This document shows positions 51,969-64,000 of a stretch of 64,000 bases of DNA, piece after piece. The notes beneath the pieces were generated by a model that was not told the DNA's origin, made no database searches, and saw only the letters and a list, made by a program, of their open reading frames with translations. Numbering within the stretch: the stretch's first letter is position 1; every line of letters starts with the position of its first letter. The stretch lies in assembly GCA_951406725.2 (NCBI GenBank), contig OX597817.1, positions 116,374,001 through 116,438,000 on the forward strand, written 5' to 3'. The translations under genes and the position numbers were made by a program. The DNA is from Octopus vulgaris. Lineage: Eukaryota.

Positions 51969-51970
<2 letters not shown>
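51417..51970 (-). mobile_element. ~550 bp non-coding interspersed element, copy B
   Basis: As copy A; 554 bp between (TTA)n tracts. Confidence 0.85.
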
Positions 51971-52035
<65 letters not shown>

Positions 52036-52038
<3 letters not shown>

Positions 52039-55000
52039 TAGTCTTATATTTATCACGTGATTTCACTACGTTACGGAATGCAGGTCTGTGCGTTTGGATG
52101 TGTGCTGTGGTTTGGTGTGACGCTCTTATTTTTACTGTATCGAAAGTGTTTTACGTAGGATGTGTGTGGTGCCTAGTAGTGCTATCATGTGTATGTTATA
52201 TATATTTGTTAAAAGGCAGCGAGCTGGCAGAAACGTTAACATGCCGGGCGAAATGCTTAGCGGTATTTCGTCTGCCGTTACGTTCTGAGGTCGACTTTGC
52301 CTTTCATCATTTCGGTGTCGATAAATTAAGTACCAGTTACGCAATGAGGCCGATGTAATTGACATAATCCCTTTATCTGTCCTTGTTTGTCCCGTCTATG
52401 TTTAAACCTTGTTGGCAGTAAAGAAATAAGAAACTTTTGCACGCTGGGTGAAATGCTTAATCGGATTACGTGTCTTTACGTTCTGATTTCACATTCCACC
52501 GAAATCGACTTTGCCTTTCATCCTTTGGAGTTGAGAAATTAAGTACCAGTTGCGTACAGTGGTCGATCTGATCGACTGGCCCCGTCCGCAGAAATTTCGG
52601 GCCGTATGCCTAGAGTAGAAAATATATATACTTGTTAATTCTGGTGTCTTTGTTATCTATTTGTCAGAACATTTTTTTACTTTATCTAATGCACCTACTA
52701 TGATAGGATTTGCTTCTGTTTTTAGACTCCACAATCGAGTTGCCGATATTTCCAGTTCCTTGTATATTGAAAGTTCCTCCGTTTCTTTTAGAGAAACATT
52801 GTCATCTGTTGGTATTGATAAACCGATTAGAAAGCATTTTTTCTTGTGATCTCAGACAACTATACCCGGCCTATTGGCTTTACTTTCTCTACCTGTGTGT
52901 ATTGGTATATCCCATAGTATTGTTGCTTTCTCATTTTCTGTGGCCTTTTCTGGCGTGTGCTTATACCATCTCTTTCCTGCTGTTATTCCTTAGTATTGGC
53001 ATAGCTTTCAGTGTATATAGGCCCCAACCCAGTCGTGTCAGTGAATATATTCTTTCTTAGGCAGGAGTGGGAAGCCAGAGAAAATATGATTTATTGCTTC
53101 TACTTCATTATCACATCTCTTCAGTTTCTTGTATTTCTTTTCATTACTTGGTTTTGGTACTTTCTGATATTGTGGGGCAATTAAAAATCCTTCAGCCTCT
53201 GCTTTGAGTCCTGAGCTTCCAGCCATTGCTGGTATTTTGCTTTGTCTATTTCTTTTCTGTTTAGTTAACCCAGTATTTGCCATGAAGGGGCTTTTCTTGC
53301 CTTCCTTTTATGATGATCCGTCGCTGTTCCAGTTTTAGTGTCGATTTCAGTTGTTTTACAGCTTTCGTTGTTCCATTATTCTCCTTCATAGTTTTTCGGA
53401 ACTATGTCATCCTTTTTTGTATTTGTCAGCTTTCCTAAAGACTGAAAACAGTTTTTTGTTTTGTTCGTGTTTTGTGGCTATTTGTATTAATTTTCCTTGC
53501 TTCTGAAGTAAGTATTTCTGTAGTGCTATGGTGGTTATTTTGTAAAAGTTTTCTTGCTGTATAAGGTCACTACCACCCTCGATACGTTTTATATATAACC
53601 TTTCTATGTCAAATTTTGGGTGGTGCATCCTAAATCCTCTCATTATTTTTCTTCTATTCCTGTCTATTCTGATTAGTTCATTTAGTGTCCAGTTAAGAAT
53701 ATTGTAGCTGCAACTTATAACGAGGACGGCTAGAGTGTTGATACCTATTATCTTGCTTTACGCATTGAGTTCTGGTTTCAGTATTAATCTAACGTGTCTA
53801 TAGTAGACTTTTCTTATCTTCTCGTTCATTTGTGCATATTGTATCGTATCTAGTTCATTGATTCCTAAGTACTTGTATGTCTGGATTTGGTCTAATTCTC
53901 TTATTTGATTTGTTTTATGTACGCTGATGTTGCTTCTCTTAACTGGCTTTCCGCTTTTAAAGGTTGCTATGGCACATTTTTTAAGCCATATTTAATGTTT
54001 ATTTCTTTGGTAAATCCATATACTGCCTGTAGAGGTGGCTGATTGTTTTGCCGCAACAGTTGTATCCACATCCAATTGTTTAGCATTTAGCATGTCAGAT
54101 AAAGGTTTCAGTGTAAAGCAGAAAAGAAGTGGAGAGAGCATGTCTCCCTAGAATATTCTTCTTCTAGTGAAGATGGGTTTGATTTTTATAAGTCACTATG
54201 TGTCTGGAGTTGTAGCTCTGTCTGCCATTTATTCATGGAATGTTTTATATATTTTATGATTATTGGTGCTTCTTTGTTCATGGCTGGTGGTTCTTGGATA
54301 CATGTGTTGAGAATACTATCAAAAGCCTTTCATAATCGATCCAGGCCATACTGACACTCTTCTCCTTTATGCAGCTGTCTTTAGTTATGTATTAATTGAT
54401 CAGTAACTGATCTTTACAGGCATATGAGCCCTTGCATAATCGTTTCTGCTCTTCTGGAAATAGGTGTTTTCTTCCAGATGTTTGCTTATTCTCTGCAATA
54501 TTATTGCGGTAAAGGCTTTGCAAGATAGTTGGGAGACGTGTTATAGGTATGTAATTCTGTGGGTTTGCCGTTTCAGTCGATTTAGGAATTAGGATAGTCT
54601 TCACTTCCATTCATTAAATTTCATAAGCCATTCATTAAATTTCTCAGACAACTTTTTATGTGTTCTTGCTTTTAACCAAAAGTTGAGGATCTTGTCGTGC
54701 CAGGCTGCCTTTCATTTGTTAAATCTTTGCAGGGCCTGGGTCCCCTCTTCAGTTGTTATAGGGATCCAGAGTTGTTCAGAGGTTGTATTTGTTGTTTTGA
54801 TAGATTTTTGCTGAGGTTGTTCCTTCGCCGACCATATTTCTTTCCCAAATTCTTCCACTTCTTCTGCTGTTGGTGCTGCATTGATCTCTGTTTTATTTTT
54901 GCTAAGTTCTTGATAGAATCTTTTGGGGTCGGAGTTGAACTTCTTGTTTTATACAAAGAAACGTTGGCGTTTCTTATACCGGCGGATCCTTTGTGCTTTG

Positions 55001-55400
55001 GCGAGGATATCTTGCTTTAGCTGGTCATTTGCCTCAGGTAAACTTTGTTCTGTAATTTTATATTTACGTAGTTTTTTTCCCTCTTCTTGTTTCTTATTAG
55101 TGTTGATTGTCTACTAGTGTCATTGAGCATTGACAGATCCTTTCTCTTATTTTTTATATTTTTCAGGATATTATTTATCCACAGGGTTTATTTGGGCGAG
55201 GGGTGATGCTCCTGTTTGGATGCTTTTATATCATTTGGTCTGGTCATATTGACATTTGTTTCTGTGGCTATTAGCCCTGCGATGTCCATGTTCATACTAT
55301 TTATCATTGATGTTGTTTTATTATAAATTTTGATTTTGGGAGGTTTAAACGGTGATTATATTTGCGGGACATGAGGAATATCGTCCGGGTTTATTTTGAT
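52036..55400 (-). mobile_element. Second, older copy of the same R4/Dong LINE family
   Basis: Collinear with 47787-51000 (same 3' end CAGTAGT, HHPKFDIERLYI, YIPITRLP, LFPEEQK); SINE dimer inserted. Confidence 0.92.
52213..52622 (+). mobile_element. Dimer of Meta-type SINEs inside the LINE, bounded by one TSD
   Basis: Two cores; TATATATA(T/C)TTGTTAA at 52197-52212 and 52623-52638. Confidence 0.85.
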
Positions 55401-56998
55401 TCTTATCATTTTCGTAGTGTACCGGTGCGTTCATTTCTGTGTGCTAAGTGGTTTTGTACACGTTTTTTCGTACTTTTTTGTGAAATAAAGTTTAAAGTAC
55501 GTACTTCACGTTTATTTTCCTTGGGTTGAATAATACGGGTATTATTTAGTTCATTTTTCTTTTTTTTGCATGGTTGTTGTGCATAGACATGGTCTAATGT
55601 TGAATGGATCGTAATGTGTGGAGGTACGAGTGATGGAGATGATGCACAGTTAAAATAAATCATTTTATTTCGAGAATAGAAATAAATTTTAATAAGTACT
55701 ACTTATGTAGGATTTTTGTGGCTATCGTCACTGCCTACAATTTTGTTCTAACTATTTTCAAATTTCGTATATGGAGTAAGTTTTGTATACTAATTATGAA
55801 AATGAAATTCATTTTTCCTATAAATTCATAATTTAAAAAAGTTATTAGCCTTTAAAATTTGCAAAATGTGGGTATTTTAGTCAATGAGAAGCGAATATTT
55901 TACACACCACCGTGAAGTTTTGTTAGCATATTAACCAAAGAAGCACCACGTGTTCCATGGTTGATTGCGAAGGACTCTGTTTCCATAGTAACTGAAGATG
56001 CTGCACATACGCACAAAGAGTGTAACCACCAAACTGAGATTACCTGGATATCTTTAATGCGTGGAAACTAACGCTGATGTGAAACACACCGTTCCATGGT
56101 TGATTCTTATCGTTGTGAATTTATGTGGGCAATGAGATATGAGAAAGATTATTGATTTTATAAAATAATTTATTTTATAAAATCCTAGAGTGTTTTGTAC
56201 ACTTTTCTTCTTTAGTATTTAACTAATAAATTTCTGTTTTAAGCAATGTTTTGGACTGGTATTTCTAGCAACTCCTGTTGGTTTGCTCGTAGATTTGCGC
56301 GAATGTTTTAATGTTTTTAACTGTTTTCACTGTTTATTTTGCTCATGTATATTTCAATATTCTGACTTTTATTTCTCTCAACTGAAATTGGATTGCTTGT
56401 AGCTTTTAAATATTTAATTTGCTCGCGAATCTTTTAATGATTTTCATTGTTTATTGTAGCTAGTTTAATATTTTGACATATTTTGACATGCCTATTTCTC
56501 GCTACTGTGACAGATGATGGAAGAGGTAGCGAACGTGCTGTTGTCTGACTAGCTTACAATTCTGAAAATTATCAAACTTTTAACACCTGTAACATATCTG
56601 CAAAGTTTTTCTGGAATGAGTGAATAACAAATTTGGATTCAGCGTCAAAAATTACATTTATATGAAGATTTCGATACATGACCTTAAGCACAAAGATCAC
56701 TTACTCGGATATAGTCCAATATTTTTAATGATTATTACTCTAGTATAGTCCAAAACTTTGTCAGTGTGGCGAGCGTGTTTATATGTGTTGTGCAAGTGAC
56801 GGAGAAGATACACAGTTAAAATACAGCATTTCATGCGGAAAAGGAAATAAATTTTAATTGGTATTTCTAACTCGGATATAGTCCAAAACTTCGTCAGCTG
56901 TTTTAGGCTCCATTTCTTGTCTATATTACCGGTGTTTATGGATAGATTTCGGAGAAAAGTTTTATCGCTCTCACATATTAAACTTCCCCTATGTTCTC

Positions 56999-57284
<286 letters not shown>

Positions 57285-58810
57285 TTTTATTGTTCTTGCG
57301 CAGCTTCTAACGCTGGAGATGTACTACGGTGTCAGATGTTCACTACCAGTAATCTAAGGTAACACCCCTTATTTTTCGAGCACCATCCGGAGTATTCGAG
57401 CGGTTCGAAGCTGTACTGTTTTCTGCAAGTGCTCCACCATTATTGATGTCCCTATTTGTTCCATATACTTCTCAAGATTTTTTCTCACTGTTACCACGGT
57501 TCCGACAACTATTGGTACACTAGCACCATTTTCAGCGGTCACAACTTCTTACCCTCCCAAGCTAGCCTGTTATATCTATCGACCTTTCTTTCTTCCTTAT
57601 CGAATACCTTGTTGGTAGCTGGGCATGCTATATCTATGATTCAGCATCGTTTGCTTTTTTTCTAAATTAATACTATGTTTGGTTTCCTATTCTCTATCTT
57701 ATGGTCGCGCTGAATCATAAAATCCCATAGTATCTTTGCATTAGCATTTTCGATGATGCCTTCGGGTTTACGTTCGTAATACTCTTTTCTCTGTCAAGTC
57801 CATGCTTGTTGCAAGTGTCAAGACGCCTCTTATATTCTTTCTGGGCTAGTGGCGTACATTAACTGGTGATATGCCAAACTGAATATTTTGTGCAAACATT
57901 CTTCATTTATCACTTTCTGTTGTGTTGTCTATTTTGTATGTCATGTAATTGGTTCTGAATATTTATTCTTGGGCTGCACAGATTAAAATCAGTTTTACAC
58001 ATCAATATCCATCGTTTTTCTCTATCAGTCTTATCTTCGACATCCCTATGAATTGTCCATGCATTCTTTTCTTTATCCAACTATTTTCATTTTCATTCAT
58101 TTTCAAGTGTTTGTACAGTGCTTTATCTTTGCAAACTTCCATCCTACACAAGCCTGACCGTGTTACTTCCAATAATAGTGGTTCTGCAGCCTATTTTACA
58201 TACCATGCTATGTTGTTTTCTTCTGATCTAATGCTGTGTTCGCATCCAATCAGTCCCTTTCCACATCTTTTTCTGGTACATAGTTAGTCTGTGTCACTTT
58301 TGGGGTGGAGTATCCTATATGTAATCAGTAATGTCCTTGTCTTTCTGTTTAAGCTGTTTAGTTCGACTATTTTCCATGCGATTACTCCTGCTCTATATCT
58401 AAGGAAAGAAACTGCCCAGATGTTGATAGCTTCAATCTTATCCCGTCCGATTAATTTCGACTTAAGGATGAGTTGACTTTTTGTTGACGGCTTTTGAAGA
58501 GATACCCAGCCTTTGCTTTCCTCAGAATCAATGTTAGTGGTATCATACACAGTACAAAGATCAGTGAGATCCAGCAGTCCCTTGGAAGATAACTCTCCTG
58601 ATTTCTATTGCCCATAAACCTCTTCCATATGCTGTCAGTTCCGTCCTCCTCGTCGCCATACTTTCTCCAAGCAATCGCTCAACAATACCAAATGGTTTCA
58701 TACATTCCAGAATCCAAGAATGTAGGAACATATCATATACCTTAGGATAATCGATCCACGACATGACTAAGTTAGTTTTCCTCCTGTTGCACTCTATAAG
58801 TACAGTTTTT
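57285..58810 (-). mobile_element. Third R4/Dong LINE (different subfamily), internally deleted
   Basis: WIDYPKVYDM, RRVIFQG, KIEAINIWAVS, LHPKSDTD, ILWDF; ends in (AAT)n. Confidence 0.85.
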
Positions 58811-58846
58811 ATTATCGTCATTATTATCAACACCATTATTATTATT

Positions 58847-59160
58847 CAGTAGTCATATTTTTATAACGTGTGTGCCTTGTTATGTTCTGTGATTTGCTGT
58901 GATGCTTTTATGGTTAGTGTATTGAAAGTGTCTTACGTAGAATGTGTGTAGTGCCTAATGGTGCTATTTTCTGCATGTTATATATATATTTGATAGTCAT
59001 AGTGTTTTTGTTATGTATCTGTCTGAATATTTTTGGTCATACCTAATGCGCCCACTATGAATTGTTCCTGTCTTTAGATTGCACATTCGAGTTACCACTA
59101 TTTCCAGGTTTCTCCATTTCTTTCAGAGAAACTTTGCCATCTGTTGGTACTAGTATTTTT
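58847..59160 (-). mobile_element. 3' fragment of the R4/Dong family of 47787
   Basis: Same 3' end CAGTAGT after (TTA)n; VPTDGKVSLKEMEK. Confidence 0.85.
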
Positions 59161-59243
59161 ATCATCATCATCATCATAATCAACATCATCATCATCATCA
59201 TTACTATTAATACTATTATTGTTATCATTGTTGTTGTTGTTAA

Positions 59244-59455
59244 GCCGGCGAGCTGGCAATATTTTAGCTCGCAGGATGCAATGTCTAGCGGTATTTTGCC
59301 AGTCACTACGTTCTGAACTTAAATTTCCCTGAAGTCGACTTTGCTTTCCATCTTTTCGTGGTCAATTAATTAAATACCAGTAAAACTCTGGGGTCGATAT
59401 AATCCATTGGTCCCCTTCACACGAAATTCCAGGCTTTGTGCATATAATAGAAAGG
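59244..59455 (+). mobile_element. Meta-type SINE
   Basis: GGCGAGCTGGCA head, GTCGACTTTGCTTTCCATC core. Confidence 0.8.
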
Positions 59456-60934
59456 ATTATTATCAGTATTATTTCCTGCTATATAGGTCGGATGCATTTT
59501 TGAACGCTTTAAGAAAGGCTTCATTATATTCATTGATTACACCCGTTGGGTATTGCTTTACTGCTTTTTGTGTAGAATATTCGTTCCAAGTTGTTACTGA
59601 AAAATGGAGGTACTTTTAACGGGGTTCTCTGTTTTTCGGCCCACCTGAAAAGTCGCTCAAGAAGCGTTTAAAAACAGCAATTTGAACAAGATGGTGGCGG
59701 CCACCTTAAAACAAAATGGAACATATTTATCCAACTCCAATATCCCCAAGTAATTATAGCTGAATCCTTCTTACAGCTGAATACTTCCTTGATCTTCCTT
59801 CACTTACTAAAAATGATGCAGGAGAAGGGAGGATATAAAAGAGATGTAAGCAGACCAAATCTAACCTGTCGAGTGAAGCAAGATGGCGGTGGTAGTAAAA
59901 GTGATTGCGAGAAGAATAGCAGCAGTATTAGCATTGGCAGTACCGACAGGAACAGTGGTTGTAGTGGAAGCAACAGGCAGTGATGATAGTGGACACAGCA
60001 TGAACAGCCGGAAGAATAGCAGCAGTAGCAGCGACAGTAATAACAGCGGCATTGACAGCAACTCAAGCGGCGGTGGCAAGAGCAACGATGGTCAGCAGTA
60101 GTATTAGTGATAGCAGAAACAGTGGAAGCGACTATATCTCCACCACCACAACCGCCATCACCAATAATAATCAGACTTTTTCGCCTGCGCCGCCGCCTCA
60201 AAATTTCTCTTTGCCGTCTCTCTTGAGGACAAAGCCTCCAAATTGGCGAACGCAACTAAATTGAGAAAAATCGATGGAAGCAGGGCAGAGCTGTTTCCAC
60301 CACCGGAGTCGTTAGCAGCTTCAGCTAGAAAAATAGCATATACCGCTGTATCAGCCGTAAATCCAAATAGATAGAGCCCTACACAATATATCGGAGGACA
60401 TTGGTCATACATCAAAGGCAAAGCAGTTCGTCGGGGTGAAAAATTTATTTAAGACTTTATAGGGTGGGACTAATCGACAAGAGAAGGTGGTGTAAAAGCC
60501 CCACAAACCTGCTTAGTCTCTCCCAACTGACTGACAGGTACCAAGTGGATTTCCTGAATGCATCAATGTGGACATGAGCAAAGAATATCCTCTCTAGATA
60601 GGATATTATCTCATCCAGTAGATAGAAGTAGCATTAAATGTCTACAATTAAAAGTCATCGGCTACGCAGATCAAAAATTTGTGATGTGCACGGTTTTCCT
60701 AGAGAGTATCTATAGGCAGGGCGCCGGCTATTAGAAGCTGACCGCCTCTTTCCTGGCGGGCCTAGCATTCGGAATCCAGGTTAGAAAATTAATCCATCGG
60801 AAGTTGTCAGGTGCAATTATTAACAACCGCTACCACTACTACTACTACTACTAGAAATAATAATAATGATGATGATGATAATGATGATGATGATGTTGGT
60901 GATAATAACAGCAACAACTACAAAATCAATAATA

Positions 60935-61715
60935 ATTCATTGTTTTATTGGTTACAAGGGCTCATACAAAATTACATTAAAAGACATACAACAACATAAA
61001 AACAGGACGATACAATAGGTTACAACGTGTAAACAATATAAATAACGATTAATAATTAAACAACTTAAAACTTCCAATAGAAAAGGCATTTTAAGAACCC
61101 TCAAATGAACAACAGGGCAAGAGCACACTCAAAATTGGTCCTTTCATACTGACCATTCTTCCAACATTCACCCACCTTTCAACAAACTTGCTACAAGGGA
61201 ACACTTCCCTCTCCACCCTCAACTTGAAAAAGTTTATGACGGATTGGCCAAAGAGGAACGTGTCTGTTTTAGCCCTTTCGAACGGATCAACCATGCTACC
61301 TCTTTCGCTACAGCCACTAGATAAATAAAAATTGCTTGCCCCTCAAGGCCAAAAGAGGATTCAGCTGATTGCCGGATCCACCCCACACTCGACAGCAGGT
61401 GTTCGACATAAACCCACAAGTCAGCGATGCTCGGGCACTGCAGAACGGTTTCATCGTTCTGGACGCACCTCGGACAGGCCCGGCTGACGGTACTTCCGTG
61501 TCTGTAAATTTTATCCCAAACAGGCAGCGCCCCATGGTAGCACCACCAGGGAAGGGATTTCTGGAAGTTATTAATAGGCCGTGGCCCGAATGTTCTTCGG
61601 AACAGACCGGTTAGTTGATCTTCATCGGCGCCCAGCTTTTCCCCGAGAACGTCTTCGCAGTAGTCGCCTCCACTAGCCCTCTATAGAATGCTAGAGTAGA
61701 ACTACCATCGACCGC
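60935..61715 (-). mobile_element. Tx1/L1-clade LINE 3' portion
   Basis: ACPRCVQNDETV..QCPSIADLW (CCHC knuckle remnant), AKEVAW, FVERW; AATAAA near 60943-60948. Confidence 0.75.
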
Positions 61716-61717
61716 AG

Positions 61718-62165
61718 AACATCCCAGGTTGTCACAGGAAAAATATAAAAAATGGAGAAATGACTAAGTTGTAAAAGTTTTACACTGGAAGCTTTGCCAG
61801 AATTGGGTATTTGAAGCTGGAAGCACATGGTATGAACGTTGGGTCGAAAGAGTGCTGGAGTCGGAGAAATTTGAGATTTTGTGGGACTTTCCTATTCAAA
61901 CGGATAAGAAGTTAGAAAATAATAGATCACACAAAAATAATTCACTAGAAAGAACGTAGTTGCATTCCAATTGATCCATTATGTGCGTTTGATTCCAGGA
62001 TCGTAAAGAAAAAAGACAAAATCGAAAATCGAAAAACCTACAACCCCTTAAAATTTGAAATTGCAAGTATTTTGAATATGCAGACTGTAAAGGTTATGCC
62101 TATAATAATTGGTGCATTGGTAACTGTAAGCAAAGATATAGACAAATGGTTGAAAGTGACATGCA
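61718..62165 (+). mobile_element. R4/Dong RLE-domain fragment
   Basis: VLHWKLCQ..WYE..EILWDFPIQTDKKL, LKFEIA..VMPIIIGALVTV. Confidence 0.85.
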
Positions 62166-62193
62166 TATACACGAGTGTTTGTATGTATATATG

Positions 62194-62233
<40 letters not shown>

Positions 62234-63049
62234 TGCGCGTGTGTGTATGTAGGTACGTATGTATGTATAAATGCGGTCTTCAACTTTATTACAACCATGT
62301 ATATTTCCCTCAATATTCTGCACAATATTATTTATAGCTTTATCAACTTCGAGTTCTAACTTCACTATTTTATATACGGAATCCATGTGTTTGTGTTGTT
62401 ACGCGTCTTCACCCAGCAATACTGAATTCAGTATTCCTAGAACTATCTGAACGACAGATCTGGTACATAAGGACATCATATGATAAACTTATTGGTGTGT
62501 ATAATCTGTGGTCAAGTTGTAGATAATTAGAATCATGCGAAGTAGAGCTCTATAAAATACATACAAGTACAATGATAAATAATACGTTCCAGTACACTTG
62601 AATCTTGGCAACGCCTTTCTTTGTGAACACACTGTGCGAAGATAATTCTGCTCTTAGGCAACATGCGTTCGTACGCTTCATCAGCCCCGAGAACCGAATT
62701 TACCATTCAGAGCCCTATGGAAACGGTATTTATGATATAAAAGAAGAGCAACTAGTAAATTTGCATTGGGTAAATATTTGATGACAAGCAATTTATTTTG
62801 AAGAAAAAAGAAACAGAATTCTCAAGTGATTGTCTACCCTAGTATGATACTATTTTATAATAATATTTATCTCGAACAATAATTATTAAAATTGATAGAA
62901 TTTGCTTCTACAGCAGATATCTTAACATTTAGTGTCTGGACATCAACGGGTATATGATTCATCTAATTACATTTTATTTCCAGCAAGCTATCTAAGATTA
63001 ATTAATGTGAAAGCAGATGGCTCTCATTATGGCATTCAATAGCGTTGAT

Positions 63050-63416
63050 ATTTAACTCCAGGAAAAACATGACAAAATATAAAATTAATAAACCGTCGAA
63101 ACCGAAAGCAGACGTTGCTCCATTGGATATCCATGATATACAGAAGGATAAACTAACATAGTTGTTTGATTTTGAATAAATATTTCTATTTGTGAAATAA
63201 TAAGAAGAATAATGCTTTATATTAAGCAAGTCATTATTTTAACTCCAGTAGAAAAACCCGAAGATGCAAAATTAACTTATTTTCGAAACCGGAAGTAGAT
63301 ATTAGCCCATTGGATATACAAATGGATAAACTAACATAGTTGTTTGCTCGTGAATAAATATTTCTGCTCGTGAACTAACATGATGAATAATGTTTCATAT
63401 TAAGCAAGTCATTATG
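63050..63416. repeat. Diverged tandem duplication, 2 x ~180-188 bp
   Basis: TTTAACTCCAG..TCGAAACCG..CCATTGGATAT..GGATAAACTAACATAGTTGTTTG..TATTAAGCAAGTCATTAT occurs twice. Confidence 0.85.
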
Positions 63417-64000
63417 CTCATTATGAATGCGAATACAATATTTGCTTAAAATAATACTATTTTAAGTAATACTTCGTCGATCGATATAAGCAGAAATATA
63501 TTTTAAGACCTGCATTGGTGTAATATGCTGTTTTCTACTCGACATAAAAATGAATAACAAAAATGTTTTAGCAGCCCAGATAGTCACAGAAATTTTAGCT
63601 CATTTCTCATATATGAATCATTAGAGATACTTCACTCCCAATTGCACTCAGCATATATTGCAATTAAATTAAATACACAACTAATACAAATTTAGCACTT
63701 TAGAAGATTTTAGGCGGCAGTGGACTTCACAATTATCAGTAACTCGTTAATCTTTATAAGGACGGCATGAAATCTATGTAATTACATGCCATATTTTAAA
63801 TGAAACTAATTTCTACTAATTCATAACGACAATATAATTTTAGCAACTATATTCATTGAGAATGGAGCAGCCCTTGTGCGTAATTTGCTCAGAATTTAAC
63901 ACATTACGATCCAAAAGGTGCTTAGATATATTGATAGGGATATAACAGTGCTTATCAACTATTTTTGCCCTTGAGCACCTGAACTCTTTACATGAACACC

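Noticed and set aside
47058-51970. True LTR retrotransposon
   Set aside because: No TG..CA ends, PBS, PPT or integrase; the interior is an RLE LINE; the repeats are separated from it by microsatellite.
51880-51970. HDV-like or twister ribozyme at the end of the 550-bp unit
   Set aside because: Could not build the nested pseudoknot or the twister consensus by eye; needs a computational check.
62657-62690. Minus-strand CTGATGA-agcgtac-GAAC motif
   Set aside because: GAAA core broken, no stem II, no convincing helix I.

Overview
AT-rich eukaryotic genomic DNA, almost entirely transposable elements and microsatellites. The SINE families and the (TA)n/(CA)n/(TAA)n density suggest an octopus or other cephalopod; this is inference from repeat resemblance. 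No host gene could be supported, and most ORFs in the track are microsatellite translations. Main contents: (1) a young ~4 kb palindromic Penelope-like retroelement (9781-13773) with a YRDD RT core and GIY-YIG endonuclease, inserted in (TA)n. Its 1.7 kb arms are near-identical and each carries an intact outward-facing minimal hammerhead ribozyme. (2) Several short, unrelated, non-coding hammerhead-bearing elements in (TA)n/(CA)n tracts, two with intact cores and enlarged stem II. (3) A co-oriented pile of R4/Dong-type RLE LINEs in (TAA)n tracts (47-59 kb), interleaved with two copies of a structured ~550 bp non-coding element. (4) RTE, Tx1/L1 and mariner relics, many tRNA-derived SINEs, a 5S rRNA fragment, a TIR element with internal TTAGGG repeats and a 6-bp TSD, and several foldback palindromes. 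All assignments were made by eye from motifs and alignments; no database search was run.
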